From assembly GCA_041486955.1 (NCBI GenBank), contig JBGPML010000003.1, positions 1-35,587 of the forward strand: a DNA stretch of 35,587 nt, written 5' to 3'. The stretch is from Patescibacteria group bacterium (GTDB lineage: Bacteria > Patescibacteriota > UBA1384 > 2-12-FULL-50-11 > DASWYB01). A program made the translations under genes and the position numbers. This document shows, one piece after another, positions 17,268 to 26,171 of this stretch (within the stretch, counting starts at the first letter, position 1; each line of letters begins with the position of its first letter). The notes under the pieces are model-generated. The model saw only the letters and a program-made list of their open reading frames with translations. It was not told the DNA's origin and made no database searches.

Positions 17268-17819
17268 TTATCGACTATAGAACTCAATGATCAGCTGCGG
17301 GTTGAAATCATTGACCAAATCATCAGCTTTCGGGATCCGCTCGACCGTAGCGGATTTATCTTTGGCTGAATAGGTGAGCCAACTTGGGACCACAGCATCA
17401 GGATTGACTTCAAAATTCGTGTCTTTTTTAAGGGTGATGCTATCACCTGGTTTAGTCGTGTAACCAGGAAGATTCAGGCGTTGATCGTTAACCAGCACTA
17501 AACCGTGGGTTACCAGCTGGCGGGCCATCCGGCGCGATTTCGCTAAACCAGATCGGTATAATATATTATCAAGACGTAATTCCAAATCAGTGAAGAGCGC
17601 TTGACCAGTTGCAACTGAAGACTTCGCCGCGCGGGTGAAATAACGACGGAATTGGGTTTCTTTTAACCCATATTCACGACGAGCTTTTTGTTTTTCTGCC
17701 AATTGCTTGCCGTAGTCACTCATCTTTCGCTGACGCGGACCCGGAGTTGTTCGACGTTGCGGCGCTTGGTCAGTCGAATATGAGGTGGTTTTCGATGGGG
17801 TTGGTGTATCTTGTGCCAT
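17268..17819 (-). CDS. rpsD: 30S ribosomal protein S4
   Basis: SDYGKQLAEKQK, LELRLDNILYR, ARQLVTHG, LIIEFYSR. Confidence 0.98.
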   Translation of the reverse strand: MAQDTPTPSKTTSYSTDQAPQRRTTPGPRQRKMSDYGKQLAEKQKARREYGLKETQFRRYFTRAAKSSVATGQALFTDLELRLDNILYRSGLAKSRRMARQLVTHGLVLVNDQRLNLPGYTTKPGDSITLKKDTNFEVNPDAVVPSWLTYSAKDKSATVERIPKADDLVNDFNPQLIIEFYSR

Positions 17820-17828
17820 TATTATCCT

Positions 17829-18212
17829 TTAAACTCGACGTGGCTTTTTAGGTCGACAACCGTTGTGAGCAATGGGAGTAATGTCTTTTAGCTGTCCGAC
17901 CATTAATCCGCTGCCTTGCAAAGCTCGAACTGCTGATTCGCGACCTGAACCAACACCCTTCACATAGATATCAACATCGGTCATTTTATAGGTTAAGGCT
18001 TTTTCGACGACAGTACGCATAGCGACCTGGGCCGCGTAAGGTGTTGACTTACGAGCTCCCCGAAATCCGGCATGGCCAGCAGTTTCCCAGCCTAAAACAT
18101 TACCGTTATTATCGGTTAAGGTAATAATCGTATTGTTAAAGGTGGACTGAATAAAAATTCGGCCTTTAGGAACTTCAGTGATTTTTGTTTTACGTCGATT
18201 GCTTTGCGCCAT
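17829..18212 (-). CDS. rpsK: 30S ribosomal protein S11
   Basis: STFNNTIIT, RKSTPYAAQ, GSGRESA, TPIAHNGCRP. Confidence 0.98.
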   Translation of the reverse strand: MAQSNRRKTKITEVPKGRIFIQSTFNNTIITLTDNNGNVLGWETAGHAGFRGARKSTPYAAQVAMRTVVEKALTYKMTDVDIYVKGVGSGRESAVRALQGSGLMVGQLKDITPIAHNGCRPKKPRRV

Positions 18213-18232
18213 AGTCAATTATCCTTGTGTCT

Positions 18233-18619
18233 CTAAGTTTTGTCAGCGGATTTCTTACGGCCTGAACCAACGGTCATTTTCTTACCTCGTTTTATACGAG
18301 CGTTGGTCTTTGTTCGTTGACCACGAACCGGTAGTCCCGCAGCATGCCGTATACCGCGATACGTACCAATATCTTTTAATCGCTTGATATTTCGATTCAC
18401 TACCAATCGAGCGTCACTCTCAACCGTGAGATTCTTGTCTATATAAGTCCGAAGTTTTTCAACTTCACCTTCCGTTAAATCCTTGGTTTTAGGATTATTG
18501 GTGATATGGCATTCCCGAACAATCTGTCCAGCGGTCGTAATACCAATGCCATAAATATCGGTCAATGCTGTGGTAATTCGCTTATCGTTATCTAAATTAA
18601 TTCCAGCAATACGAATCAT
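18233..18619 (-). CDS. rpsM: 30S ribosomal protein S13
   Basis: MIRIAGINL, IYGIG, YRGIRH..LPVRGQRTKTNAR; true start 18619. Confidence 0.98.
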   Translation of the reverse strand: MIRIAGINLDNDKRITTALTDIYGIGITTAGQIVRECHITNNPKTKDLTEGEVEKLRTYIDKNLTVESDARLVVNRNIKRLKDIGTYRGIRHAAGLPVRGQRTKTNARIKRGKKMTVGSGRKKSADKT

Positions 18620-18783
18620 AGGGCTCCCCGAGAAACTTGTTTTCGAGATGGAACTGACCATGTTTGGAGCGAAAAGTCTGAAGCGTAAGGAGGCATAGTT
18701 GTCACTATGTCGACGAGCGATGAGGACTTTACAGCCCAAAGTGGGCTGTTACTGTCGAAATTCAAGTTTTTCTGGGAGTCCAT
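18616..18783 (-). CDS. Putative 55-aa ORF encoded by repeat B2 (MDSQKNLNFDSNSPLWAVK...RGAL)
   Basis: ATG 1 nt after the rpmJ stop with AAGGA upstream; TGA overlaps the rpsM ATG (ATGA); same frame as the ORF in B3. Confidence 0.45.
   Translation of the reverse strand: MDSQKNLNFDSNSPLWAVKSSSLVDIVTTMPPYASDFSLQTWSVPSRKQVSRGAL
18621..18781. repeat. Palindromic intergenic element, subfamily B, copy B2
   Basis: Arms gggctccc.gagaaacttg / caagtttttc.gggagtcc; core GA-ggcatagt-tgtc-actatgtc-GA; 23-nt block gaccatgtttggagcgaaaagtc identical to B3. Confidence 0.92.
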
Positions 18784-18784
18784 A

Positions 18785-18901
18785 CTATCCTTGTCGTTGC
18801 TTATGACGGGGATTCTTTTTACAAAGTACACGAACAACACCATCCCGACGAATGATCTGGCATGTTTCACACATTCTTTTAACTGATGGTCGTACTTTCA
18901 T
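18785..18901 (-). CDS. rpmJ: 50S ribosomal protein L36 (not in the ORF track)
   Basis: Manual translation: [38 protein letters not shown]. Confidence 0.98.
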   Translation of the reverse strand: MKVRPSVKRMCETCQIIRRDGVVRVLCKKNPRHKQRQG

Positions 18902-18907
18902 AATAAT

Positions 18908-19144
18908 TTAACTCAAGCGTGCTATGATTCTTCCCTTACTCAAATCGTAAAGAGAAAAACGCAATTTAACTCGATCACCGAGTAAGATTCGAATATGATT
19001 TTTACGAATTTTACCGGAAATAAAACCGAGAACTTCTTTATCGTTCTCGAGTTTAACGCGAAAAACGGCGTTGGGGAGAGAGTCAGTTACGACGCCTTGT
19101 GCTTCTACAAATTCTTTCTCCATATTACCCACTGATTTTACCAT
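18908..19144 (-). CDS. infA: Translation initiation factor IF-1 (start may be 19123)
   Basis: [38 protein letters not shown]. Confidence 0.98.
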   Translation of the reverse strand: MVKSVGNMEKEFVEAQGVVTDSLPNAVFRVKLENDKEVLGFISGKIRKNHIRILLGDRVKLRFSLYDLSKGRIIARLS

Positions 19145-19146
19145 AT

Positions 19147-19926
19147 CTACTTCTGTTGGTCAACAGAAAAACCAAGGGGAAATGGCACGAGAATTTCAGG
19201 GTCATTTTCCCGAATTATGACGGTTGTTTCAAACTGAGCAGATAGGCTACCATCCTTGGTTCGGATAGTCCAGCCATCGTCGTCGAGTGTGACCCGCCAA
19301 TCGCCGGCGGTTAGCATCGGTTCAAGGGCAAGGGTCATATTATCAACCAAGGCTGTTGTGTCTTTCGTCCGGTAATTCGGTACGTTGGGAGATTCTTGCA
19401 AGTTACGTCCAATACCATGGCCAGTAAGATCGCGAATGATTCCAAAGTCTCCTTGAGAGCGAACAAAATCTTCAACGGCCGCACCTATATCTTGAACTTG
19501 ATTGCCAGCTATTGCGACTTCAACCGCGTGCTTCAACGCTTCTTGAGTGGTTCTTAATAATTTTTGAGCCTCGTTTGAGATTGAACCGATTGGTTTAGCA
19601 AAAGCGGCATCGGTATGGTACCCCTCCCATTCCACTCCAACATCTATGCCTATTATATCGCCCTCCTTTACAATATATGCATTCGGAATACCGTGAACTA
19701 CGACATCATTCGGCGATAAACAGGACGCTGCGGGATAACCATTAAAACCAAGAAATGACGGATTTCCCCCGGCCTCAATAATGAGCTTATGAATAAAGGC
19801 ATCAATTTCTTTTAATGTTTTACCAGGCGCGACAAAATCATTGACACTCTGCAATACATTGTCCAAAATCTTTCCGCCCTCTCGCATGGCGTCGAGTTCT
19901 TTAGGTGTTTTTGGTCGGATGGTCAT
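19147..19926 (-). CDS. map: Methionine aminopeptidase type I
   Basis: VVHGIP, DVGV..GYHTDAA, GHGIG, ALEPM, SAQFETT; start MTIRPK at 19926. Confidence 0.97.
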   Translation of the reverse strand: MTIRPKTPKELDAMREGGKILDNVLQSVNDFVAPGKTLKEIDAFIHKLIIEAGGNPSFLGFNGYPAASCLSPNDVVVHGIPNAYIVKEGDIIGIDVGVEWEGYHTDAAFAKPIGSISNEAQKLLRTTQEALKHAVEVAIAGNQVQDIGAAVEDFVRSQGDFGIIRDLTGHGIGRNLQESPNVPNYRTKDTTALVDNMTLALEPMLTAGDWRVTLDDDGWTIRTKDGSLSAQFETTVIIRENDPEILVPFPLGFSVDQQK

Positions 19927-20470
19927 ACGCAATAATCTTTTTTTGAATGGCTTGATGAAGGTTTTCAATCGTATAGTCGCCGTTAATCGTGATGTAATGA
20001 ATCCCATGCTGTTGAATTGCTGTCAGAGTTTTATCAGCTTGGCTGCGATACAAGGCAATCCGATCCTCGACGACTGAGCTCCGATCATCGTTTCGATTTT
20101 GCTCCTTCTCAGTCAGGCGTTTTTCGGCTCGGTTTTTTATCAGTTGATCGGCAAGTTCAAGAATAATAACATAAAAGTTCGATTGACCCCATAATTTAAT
20201 AGCATAGTCTACCTGTGCGGCCGTTCGTAAAGCCCCATCAACGACGCAATTGTCTGGGTGGTTTTGGTGTAATTTCTGGTACACTTTTTCAACTTGGTTA
20301 TCCGGAATGAGGGCTCCACGCTTCAATAATTCGGCAATTTCAGGATCCGACTGGGCAATACGGCGAAATTGATCGCCAAAACTTATGAAAGGTAAATGAA
20401 GATCATTGGCCAGTAATTTAGCTTGAGTATCTTTTCCGCTCGCCGGGGGGCCAAGAAAAAAATAGATCAC
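19901..20470 (-). CDS. adk: Adenylate kinase (short LID)
   Basis: GPPASGKDTQA P-loop, GALIPD, DGALRT..Q, RNDD. Confidence 0.93.
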   Translation of the reverse strand: MIYFFLGPPASGKDTQAKLLANDLHLPFISFGDQFRRIAQSDPEIAELLKRGALIPDNQVEKVYQKLHQNHPDNCVVDGALRTAAQVDYAIKLWGQSNFYVIILELADQLIKNRAEKRLTEKEQNRNDDRSSVVEDRIALYRSQADKTLTAIQQHGIHYITINGDYTIENLHQAIQKKIIAYDHPTKNT

Positions 20471-21162
20471 GGCGTAGCCTTGGTTAAGGTTTTAATTGTA
20501 AGCTTTTTAATGGACCATAATCCGGAGGACTGTTTTTCCATCGAAATCGTTACGATTCGAGCATCGTCAGTGGTTGATAATGTAACATCCGTTTCAGTGG
20601 CGTTGGATTGGCTATATGGTGTGTCTGACGCCAAGCTGTAGATGCCTTTGGCGTCGGCTTGAGCGGCCGTAACCGCGTCACTATAAATGCTTGTCGATCC
20701 GCTGGTGATTTTTTGTTGTTCTTTTTTTAACCGGTTCTGATTGATAATAAATAAAATTGTGTAGGTATCACTCGAAACATCGTCAGGGATAATTATCTTT
20801 TGTCCCGCCAATACTTTATTGGGGTCACCAATTCCGTTTAATTTTGCTAACTCGCTTACTGTAATAGTACGACCGGATATTAAGCTTAATAAACTACCAC
20901 CCTCTGGAATTTTCTGCTGATCATTCGGTTGAGATAGGGCTTGGTTCTCTGTAAACGTCTGAGTTGCCGAGGCGGAAGCAGTTGGAGTTGGTGTCCCACT
21001 CGTTTCGGGAGTGGGGGCAGCCGAGCTTGAATTTGAAGGTGTTGGTGTTGGTTTCGAGTCAGGTGTAACTTCTCCCATTTGACTTGCATATAAATAAGCG
21101 GCACCAGCAATAGCTAATGTTGCGATCAGACCGAGAAATATTGTGAGAGCTTTAGAATTCAT
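20467..21162 (-). CDS. Membrane-anchored LysM-domain protein
   Basis: N-terminal TM, Pro/Thr/Ser linker, LysM-like GGSLLSLI..TVSELAKLNGIGDPNKVLAGQKIIIP. Confidence 0.85.
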   Translation of the reverse strand: MNSKALTIFLGLIATLAIAGAAYLYASQMGEVTPDSKPTPTPSNSSSAAPTPETSGTPTPTASASATQTFTENQALSQPNDQQKIPEGGSLLSLISGRTITVSELAKLNGIGDPNKVLAGQKIIIPDDVSSDTYTILFIINQNRLKKEQQKITSGSTSIYSDAVTAAQADAKGIYSLASDTPYSQSNATETDVTLSTTDDARIVTISMEKQSSGLWSIKKLTIKTLTKATP

Positions 21163-21208
21163 ACTGGAGTAACCCCCCTAATTATAGCGTATTAACGCTA
21201 CAAAGTGA

Positions 21209-22492
21209 TTAGGATTGGTTATAGGCATCATATGTTCGCATAATATATTGCGATTGAATTTGCCTGGCAGTTTCCAGGATGACTGATATCACAATCAACA
21301 AGCTTGTCCCTCGCAAAAGAATACTCTGACTTGGGAATTGATGCTCAAGAATCGCCGGTAGGATAGCAATAAGAGCTAAAAAGAGTGCGCCGAAGAGCGT
21401 AAGTCGCGTTAAGACTTTGTACACATAGAGCTCGGTCTCTTTACCCGGACGAACGCCGGGAATATATCCACCTTGCTTTTGGAGATTTTCTGCAACTCTG
21501 TCGGGCTTAAAAATAATGAACGTATAAAAGAATGTGAAAGCAAAGACTAATAAGAAATAGCTCATATTATACGTTATAGTATTGGGTTGAAATGTCTGAA
21601 TCAACCAAGTTGCAAAATGAGCTATCCAGGGAGTCCGAGCTTGGTGAAAAAATTGACCAATGAAAGTTGGCATCGTCAAAAGAGCGATGGCGAAAATAAT
21701 AGGAACAACACCGGCTGCGTTGATTTTGATTGGTAAGTGACTGGCCACACTGCCAAAGCTTCCGCCAGCCCTCACTCGCCTGGCATAGGCAACCGGGACC
21801 AATCGTTTTGCTTCATTAATAATAATCACGAAGACAATTGAGAGAAATGTAATAACTAAAATAGCGAGAATTGCGGTGTATGAATTATTAGATTGGGCGG
21901 CGGTAACAAGACTGGTAATATGGCCGGGAATTGCGCCAAGAATACCAAGCGTAATTAAAAGTGACATACCATTCCCAATACCATTTTCTGTCACAATTTC
22001 ACCCATCCACATAAGAAACATTGACCCAGCTGCCATCATAAGCAGTGTTCCAAGTAAGGCTACGGGTGTCCAGGTGGTAATAATGGCATTCTGTTTCAAC
22101 AGTAAGAGCACGCTATAGGCTTGAATGATAGCTAAAGGTAAGGTTAATAATCGTGTATATTGATTGATTTTGCGTTGACCGAAATCACCTTCTTTTTGTA
22201 ATTCTTCTAAAGAAGGAATAACTATACCTAACAGTTGCATAATAATCGATGCCGTAATGTACGGACCTACTCCCATAGTGATAATTGAAAAGTTTTCTAA
22301 TCCCCCACCAGAAAAAATATTCAAAAATCCGAGGAATTCATTTTGTTGAAATAACTGTTTTAAGGCGCTGGTATGGATCAATGGCAAAGGAATGAAAATC
22401 AAGATTCGAGCGACTACTAAAATTAAGAGTGTGACTAAGACTCGTTTTCGTAAATCCTTGAGTTGCCAGAATTGAATCAGAGGCTGAAACAT
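21209..22492 (-). CDS. secY: Preprotein translocase SecY
   Basis: MGVGPYITASIIMQLL, GIGNGMSL, AGVVPIIFA, GGYIPGVRPG. Confidence 0.98.
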   Translation of the reverse strand: MFQPLIQFWQLKDLRKRVLVTLLILVVARILIFIPLPLIHTSALKQLFQQNEFLGFLNIFSGGGLENFSIITMGVGPYITASIIMQLLGIVIPSLEELQKEGDFGQRKINQYTRLLTLPLAIIQAYSVLLLLKQNAIITTWTPVALLGTLLMMAAGSMFLMWMGEIVTENGIGNGMSLLITLGILGAIPGHITSLVTAAQSNNSYTAILAILVITFLSIVFVIIINEAKRLVPVAYARRVRAGGSFGSVASHLPIKINAAGVVPIIFAIALLTMPTFIGQFFHQARTPWIAHFATWLIQTFQPNTITYNMSYFLLVFAFTFFYTFIIFKPDRVAENLQKQGGYIPGVRPGKETELYVYKVLTRLTLFGALFLALIAILPAILEHQFPSQSILLRGTSLLIVISVILETARQIQSQYIMRTYDAYNQS

Positions 22493-22561
22493 GATTGGGC
22501 ACCTTTGTGGCCGCTTATATGTCGGTCGTAATAGTAGGGCGACCGACTAAAACGAATGGTT

Positions 22562-22963
22562 TTATTGCTTGGATCGGGATTGAGCAACGTCTTCAAAAGT
22601 TACGGTGACGGTTAGTTTATCGCTTCCTAAAATCTTGATCGGTCGATCGATCGAAGTAATAAGATGTTTTTCAAACAAGCTTGTCGGAGAAACGGTTTCG
22701 CCGTTGGTGTAATGTGTATTAATCAAACTTCGTTGAATGATAACTGGTGCAGGGACATGATGCTTAAATCCGCGTGCTTTAGGCAGCCGCAAAATAAGCG
22801 GTGTTTGGCCACCTTCAAATTTTCGTGGAATATTATAGCCACTACGTGATTTTTGACCTTTGGTTCCTCGTCCTGCGGTTTTACCTTGTCCAGCAGAAAT
22901 ACCTCGTCCCACACGCGATTTTCTATGTCGTAAAGAATGCGAATCAAGTTGGTGTAATTGCAT
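22562..22963 (-). CDS. rplO: 50S ribosomal protein L15
   Basis: [29 protein letters not shown]. Confidence 0.97.
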   Translation of the reverse strand: MQLHQLDSHSLRHRKSRVGRGISAGQGKTAGRGTKGQKSRSGYNIPRKFEGGQTPLILRLPKARGFKHHVPAPVIIQRSLINTHYTNGETVSPTSLFEKHLITSIDRPIKILGSDKLTVTVTFEDVAQSRSKQ

Positions 22964-22969
22964 AATAAT

Positions 22970-23584
22970 CTACTCGGCTATCCCTTGATTTTCTGTTTTT
23001 TCATTTCGTTTTTTTTGGCCTAAGTAGCGTGGCGCAACATGTTTAATATCTTTGAGACTGGCTAATGCGCCGATCGTTGCATAAGCATTATTGAGCTTAT
23101 TTGTGGTTCGGGTCAAGCATTTACCTACCACGTTTTCGATTCCGGCTAACTCGAGAATAGGACGAACCGAGCCGCCAGCAATGACTGAAGTTCCGACACC
23201 AGCCGGTTTTAGCATAACTTTTGCTGTGTCGAATTTATAAGTTATCTCATGTGGAATGGTATGTCGAACTATTGGGACGGTGACAATACGCTTCTTAGCA
23301 TTATAGGTTGCCTTAGCTACCGCAGAAGCGATTTCATTTGACTTACCTATGCCTAAGCCGACACTTCCCTTGCGATCCCCTACTACAACAAGGGCTCGGA
23401 ATCGCAATCTCCGACCACCTTTTTGGGTTCGGCTGACCCTATCGACAGTAATGACACGATCTTCAAGAGGGGCTGACTCGTTTTCGGTAACTTGATTTGC
23501 CGAAGAATCAGCAGTTTTCGCATTCGGTTGGTTGACGGGCGGAGTTTGAGGTATTGTAGTTGTCTTTTCTTCTGCTTTAGCCAT
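22970..23584 (-). CDS. rpsE: 30S ribosomal protein S5
   Basis: RVSRTQKGGRRLRFRALVVVGD, PAGVGTSVIAGG; start MAKAEE at 23584. Confidence 0.98.
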   Translation of the reverse strand: MAKAEEKTTTIPQTPPVNQPNAKTADSSANQVTENESAPLEDRVITVDRVSRTQKGGRRLRFRALVVVGDRKGSVGLGIGKSNEIASAVAKATYNAKKRIVTVPIVRHTIPHEITYKFDTAKVMLKPAGVGTSVIAGGSVRPILELAGIENVVGKCLTRTTNKLNNAYATIGALASLKDIKHVAPRYLGQKKRNEKTENQGIAE

Positions 23585-23594
23585 ATGTCTCCTA

Positions 23595-23939
23595 TTATAC
23601 CGTAATACCTGCATCACGTAATGTGTCGGCTACAGCTTTGATTTGACCGTGGTATTTAAAACCACCGCGATCAAATACAACTCGTGTAATGTTTTTTGCT
23701 TGAAGCAACTTCGTAAATTCGGTGGCGACTAATTTGGCTCGTTCAATTCCAGACCCTGAAGTCTTAAGTCCGGAATCTGATAAGCCGATGAGTGTTTTAC
23801 CGGTAGTATCATCGATAACTTGAACATATAAATGCTGATTGCCGCGATACACACTCAACCGTGGTCGCTGCTCAGTACCAGACATTTTTGTACGAATGCG
23901 TTTGTGACGGATAGTCCGTAATAATGACTGTTTCTGCAT
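23595..23939 (-). CDS. rplR: 50S ribosomal protein L18
   Basis: GTEQRPRLSVYR, VVFDRGGFKYHG. Confidence 0.98.
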   Translation of the reverse strand: MQKQSLLRTIRHKRIRTKMSGTEQRPRLSVYRGNQHLYVQVIDDTTGKTLIGLSDSGLKTSGSGIERAKLVATEFTKLLQAKNITRVVFDRGGFKYHGQIKAVADTLRDAGITV

Positions 23940-23941
23940 GA

Positions 23942-24487
23942 TTATTTTCCAGCTTTCGCGGCCTTACCAGCCTTGCGTCGAACAAGCTCTCCAGCATAAC
24001 GAATCCCTTTACCCTTATAAGGTTCTGGTTTTCGTACCTCTCGAATGTTTGCCGCGACCTGACCAACGAGTTGTTTATCAATCCCTGAAACGGTAATAAG
24101 GGCATTTTTTTCCACGTTAAATGAAATGCCTTGTGGAGCAGGGATCACAACGGGGTGGGTAAAACCAACCTGAAGGGTTAAGCTCGTGCCATCAGATTGC
24201 GCACGATAGCCAATCCCCTGCATTTCCAGCTTTTTGGAAAAGCCTGCACTGACACCAGTAATTGCGTTTGAAATAAGCATGCGGTTCAAGCCGTGAAGTG
24301 AGCGGGCAATTCGGTCATTTCCATGTCGTGTGACAGCAATTGTGCCATCATTAATTTCAGCGGTAATCCGAGGGCTCACCGTCACGCTCAACTCACCTTT
24401 CGGCCCAGTGACATGTAAAACAGAGTCGGTGTAGTCTACACTGACGCCATCAGGGATTGAAATAAGCTGTGAGCCAATTCGTGACAT
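23942..24487 (-). CDS. rplF: 50S ribosomal protein L6
   Basis: MSRIG, GPKGEL, RKPEPYKGKGIRY. Confidence 0.98.
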   Translation of the reverse strand: MSRIGSQLISIPDGVSVDYTDSVLHVTGPKGELSVTVSPRITAEINDGTIAVTRHGNDRIARSLHGLNRMLISNAITGVSAGFSKKLEMQGIGYRAQSDGTSLTLQVGFTHPVVIPAPQGISFNVEKNALITVSGIDKQLVGQVAANIREVRKPEPYKGKGIRYAGELVRRKAGKAAKAGK

Positions 24488-24496
24488 ACTATTTCC

Positions 24497-24886
24497 TTAC
24501 CACACCGTGGCAATAATTTCTCCACCGATTCCGCGTTTTTGAGCGTCATTACCACTCATAATACCTTGAGGTGTTGATACTATGGCTAAACCATGGCCGC
24601 TTAACGGTCGGGGTATTTGTACAACGCCACTATAACGACGGGCTCCGGGCTTAGAAACGCGTTTTAAATGACTCACCGCGGGCACTTTACCTTCGTACCG
24701 AAGCGTTATTTCTAGTGTGTCGGAAGGCTTACCAGATTTTCGGGTTACTGAATTAATATAGCCATTGTCTTTCAAGACATTGGCAATCCGTTCTTTCAGA
24801 TGAGATGCCGGAATAATAACTGTTTCATGATGAACAGCTTGGGCATTTTTGATGCGAATAAACATATCGGCAATGGGGTCGCTCAT
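24497..24886 (-). CDS. rpsH: 30S ribosomal protein S8
   Basis: MSDPIADMFIRIKNA, VSKPGARRY, GGEII. Confidence 0.98.
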   Translation of the reverse strand: MSDPIADMFIRIKNAQAVHHETVIIPASHLKERIANVLKDNGYINSVTRKSGKPSDTLEITLRYEGKVPAVSHLKRVSKPGARRYSGVVQIPRPLSGHGLAIVSTPQGIMSGNDAQKRGIGGEIIATVW

Positions 24887-24893
24887 AATACTC

Positions 24894-25079
24894 CTACCAG
24901 GAAGCTTTCGTAATACCAGGGATTTCCCCACGTGAAGCCATTTCGCGAAAACAGATACGACAGACACCAAACGCGCGAAGATAACCACGCGGGCGACCAC
25001 AGATCTGACATCGGCGAACGATACGTGTCGAGAATTTAGGTTTACGTCCAGCTTTGATAATTAAACTTTTCTTTGCCAT
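24894..25079 (-). CDS. rpsN: 30S ribosomal protein S14 (zinc type Z)
   Basis: [28 protein letters not shown]. Confidence 0.98.
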   Translation of the reverse strand: MAKKSLIIKAGRKPKFSTRIVRRCQICGRPRGYLRAFGVCRICFREMASRGEIPGITKASW

Positions 25080-25087
25080 ACGACTCC

Positions 25088-25639
25088 TTATGCACTCTCT
25101 GTTTTCGTAAAGGGAAATCCAAGGTGTTTCAACAACACCTGAGCCTGACGATCATCGGGACTACTCGTTACAATGGTAACCTGCATACCCCAGGTTCGGT
25201 CATTCGATTGAAATGGAATTTCTGGAAAGACTGTTTGTTCGCGTAAGCCAAAGGAAAAATTACCATGGCCGTCGAAACCTTTTACGGCAATACCTTGAAA
25301 ATCTCGTAGTCGTGGGAAAACGTAGGTAATCAATCGATCGAGAAAGTCATACATCCGCTTGCCGCGTAACGTAATCCGAAAGCCGACCAAATCATTCTCG
25401 CGTAGCTTAAAGCCAGCAATAGCTTTTTTGGCTTTGGTTACAACGGGTTTTTGACCAGTAATGAGACTAAGCGATTCTGATACACTCTTTTGGAGCGATT
25501 CATTGCCCTTTAATTCACCCCAACCAACATTAACCACAATTTTTTCGATCCGAGGCACAGCTAAAACATTCCGAATCGCCAATTCTTGGCCGAGTTGCGG
25601 AATAATCGTTGTTCGAAATGTTTCATGAAGAGATGACAT
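25088..25639 (-). CDS. rplE: 50S ribosomal protein L5
   Basis: [31 protein letters not shown]; start at 25639. Confidence 0.98.
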   Translation of the reverse strand: MSSLHETFRTTIIPQLGQELAIRNVLAVPRIEKIVVNVGWGELKGNESLQKSVSESLSLITGQKPVVTKAKKAIAGFKLRENDLVGFRITLRGKRMYDFLDRLITYVFPRLRDFQGIAVKGFDGHGNFSFGLREQTVFPEIPFQSNDRTWGMQVTIVTSSPDDRQAQVLLKHLGFPFTKTESA

Positions 25640-25646
25640 AAGAATC

Positions 25647-25952
25647 CTATAACGTTTTCTGGCCCAATCGACTGGTACGAAGCTTGTCTTTATTCTCAAG
25701 CGTGTAACCAATTCGGGTTGGTTTTTTAGAATCGGCATCAAGAAGCATGACATTACTGGCATGAATTGCCCGGAATAACTCGACCACGCCGCCTGAAGGA
25801 TTCTTGGCTGATGGTTTAAGGTGTTTCTTATATTTATTTACACCAGTAACAGCGACACGGTTAAGCAACGGCAGAACGGCTTCTATTGTGCCGGTTTTGC
25901 CGCGGTCTTTCCCTGCAATGATGAGAACGGTGTCACCTTTTTTGAGTTTCAT
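25647..25952 (-). CDS. rplX: 50S ribosomal protein L24 (alternative in-frame ATG at 25964)
   Basis: MKLKKGDTVLIIAGKDRGKTG, IHASNV. Confidence 0.98.
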   Translation of the reverse strand: MKLKKGDTVLIIAGKDRGKTGTIEAVLPLLNRVAVTGVNKYKKHLKPSAKNPSGGVVELFRAIHASNVMLLDADSKKPTRIGYTLENKDKLRTSRLGQKTL

Positions 25953-25955
25953 TTT

Positions 25956-26118
25956 TGAACCCATTATAAAACTCGCTTTCTTGACGAAACAGACCATGTT
26001 TGGAGCGAAAAGTCCGAATCATAAGGAAGCATAGCGGATGCTACGTTGACGAATAATGCGGGCTTTGCAGCCCAAAGTGGACTGTTGCAGTCGAAATTGG
26101 AGTTTTGTAGTGGGTTCA
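25956..26118. repeat. Palindromic intergenic element, subfamily B, copy B3
   Basis: 19-bp arms tgaacccattataaaactc / gagttttgtagtgggttca (2 G-T); core GA-agcatagc-ggat-gctacgtt-GA; homologous to B2. Confidence 0.92.
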
Positions 26119-26119
26119 T
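25964..26119 (-). CDS. Putative 51-aa ORF encoded by repeat B3 (MNPLQNSNFDCNSPLWAAK...RKRVL)
   Basis: AAGGA-5 nt-ATG(26119); TAA overlaps an ATG (TAATG) in frame with rplX. Confidence 0.45.
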   Translation of the reverse strand: MNPLQNSNFDCNSPLWAAKPALFVNVASAMLPYDSDFSLQTWSVSSRKRVL

Positions 26120-26139
26120 TTAGTTCCTTGATCTTATTT

Positions 26140-26168
26140 AGTATACCTGTTAATGACTATTTTGTCGA
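26140..26168 (-). promoter_or_regulatory. Candidate internal promoter between rplN and rplX
   Basis: TCGACA-17 nt-TATACT. Confidence 0.55.
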
Positions 26169-26171
26169 GGT

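Noticed and set aside
18620-18739. N-terminally extended S13 (168 aa) and L24 (116 aa) from the ORF track
   Set aside because: The extensions are read-through into the repeat elements; conserved N-termini begin at 18619 and 25952.
22521-22547. Hairpin gtcggtcg/cgaccgac between rplO and secY, and a weak one at 17209-17257
   Set aside because: Short, no U tract, no similarity to the A/B elements; probably ordinary mRNA stability or processing stems.
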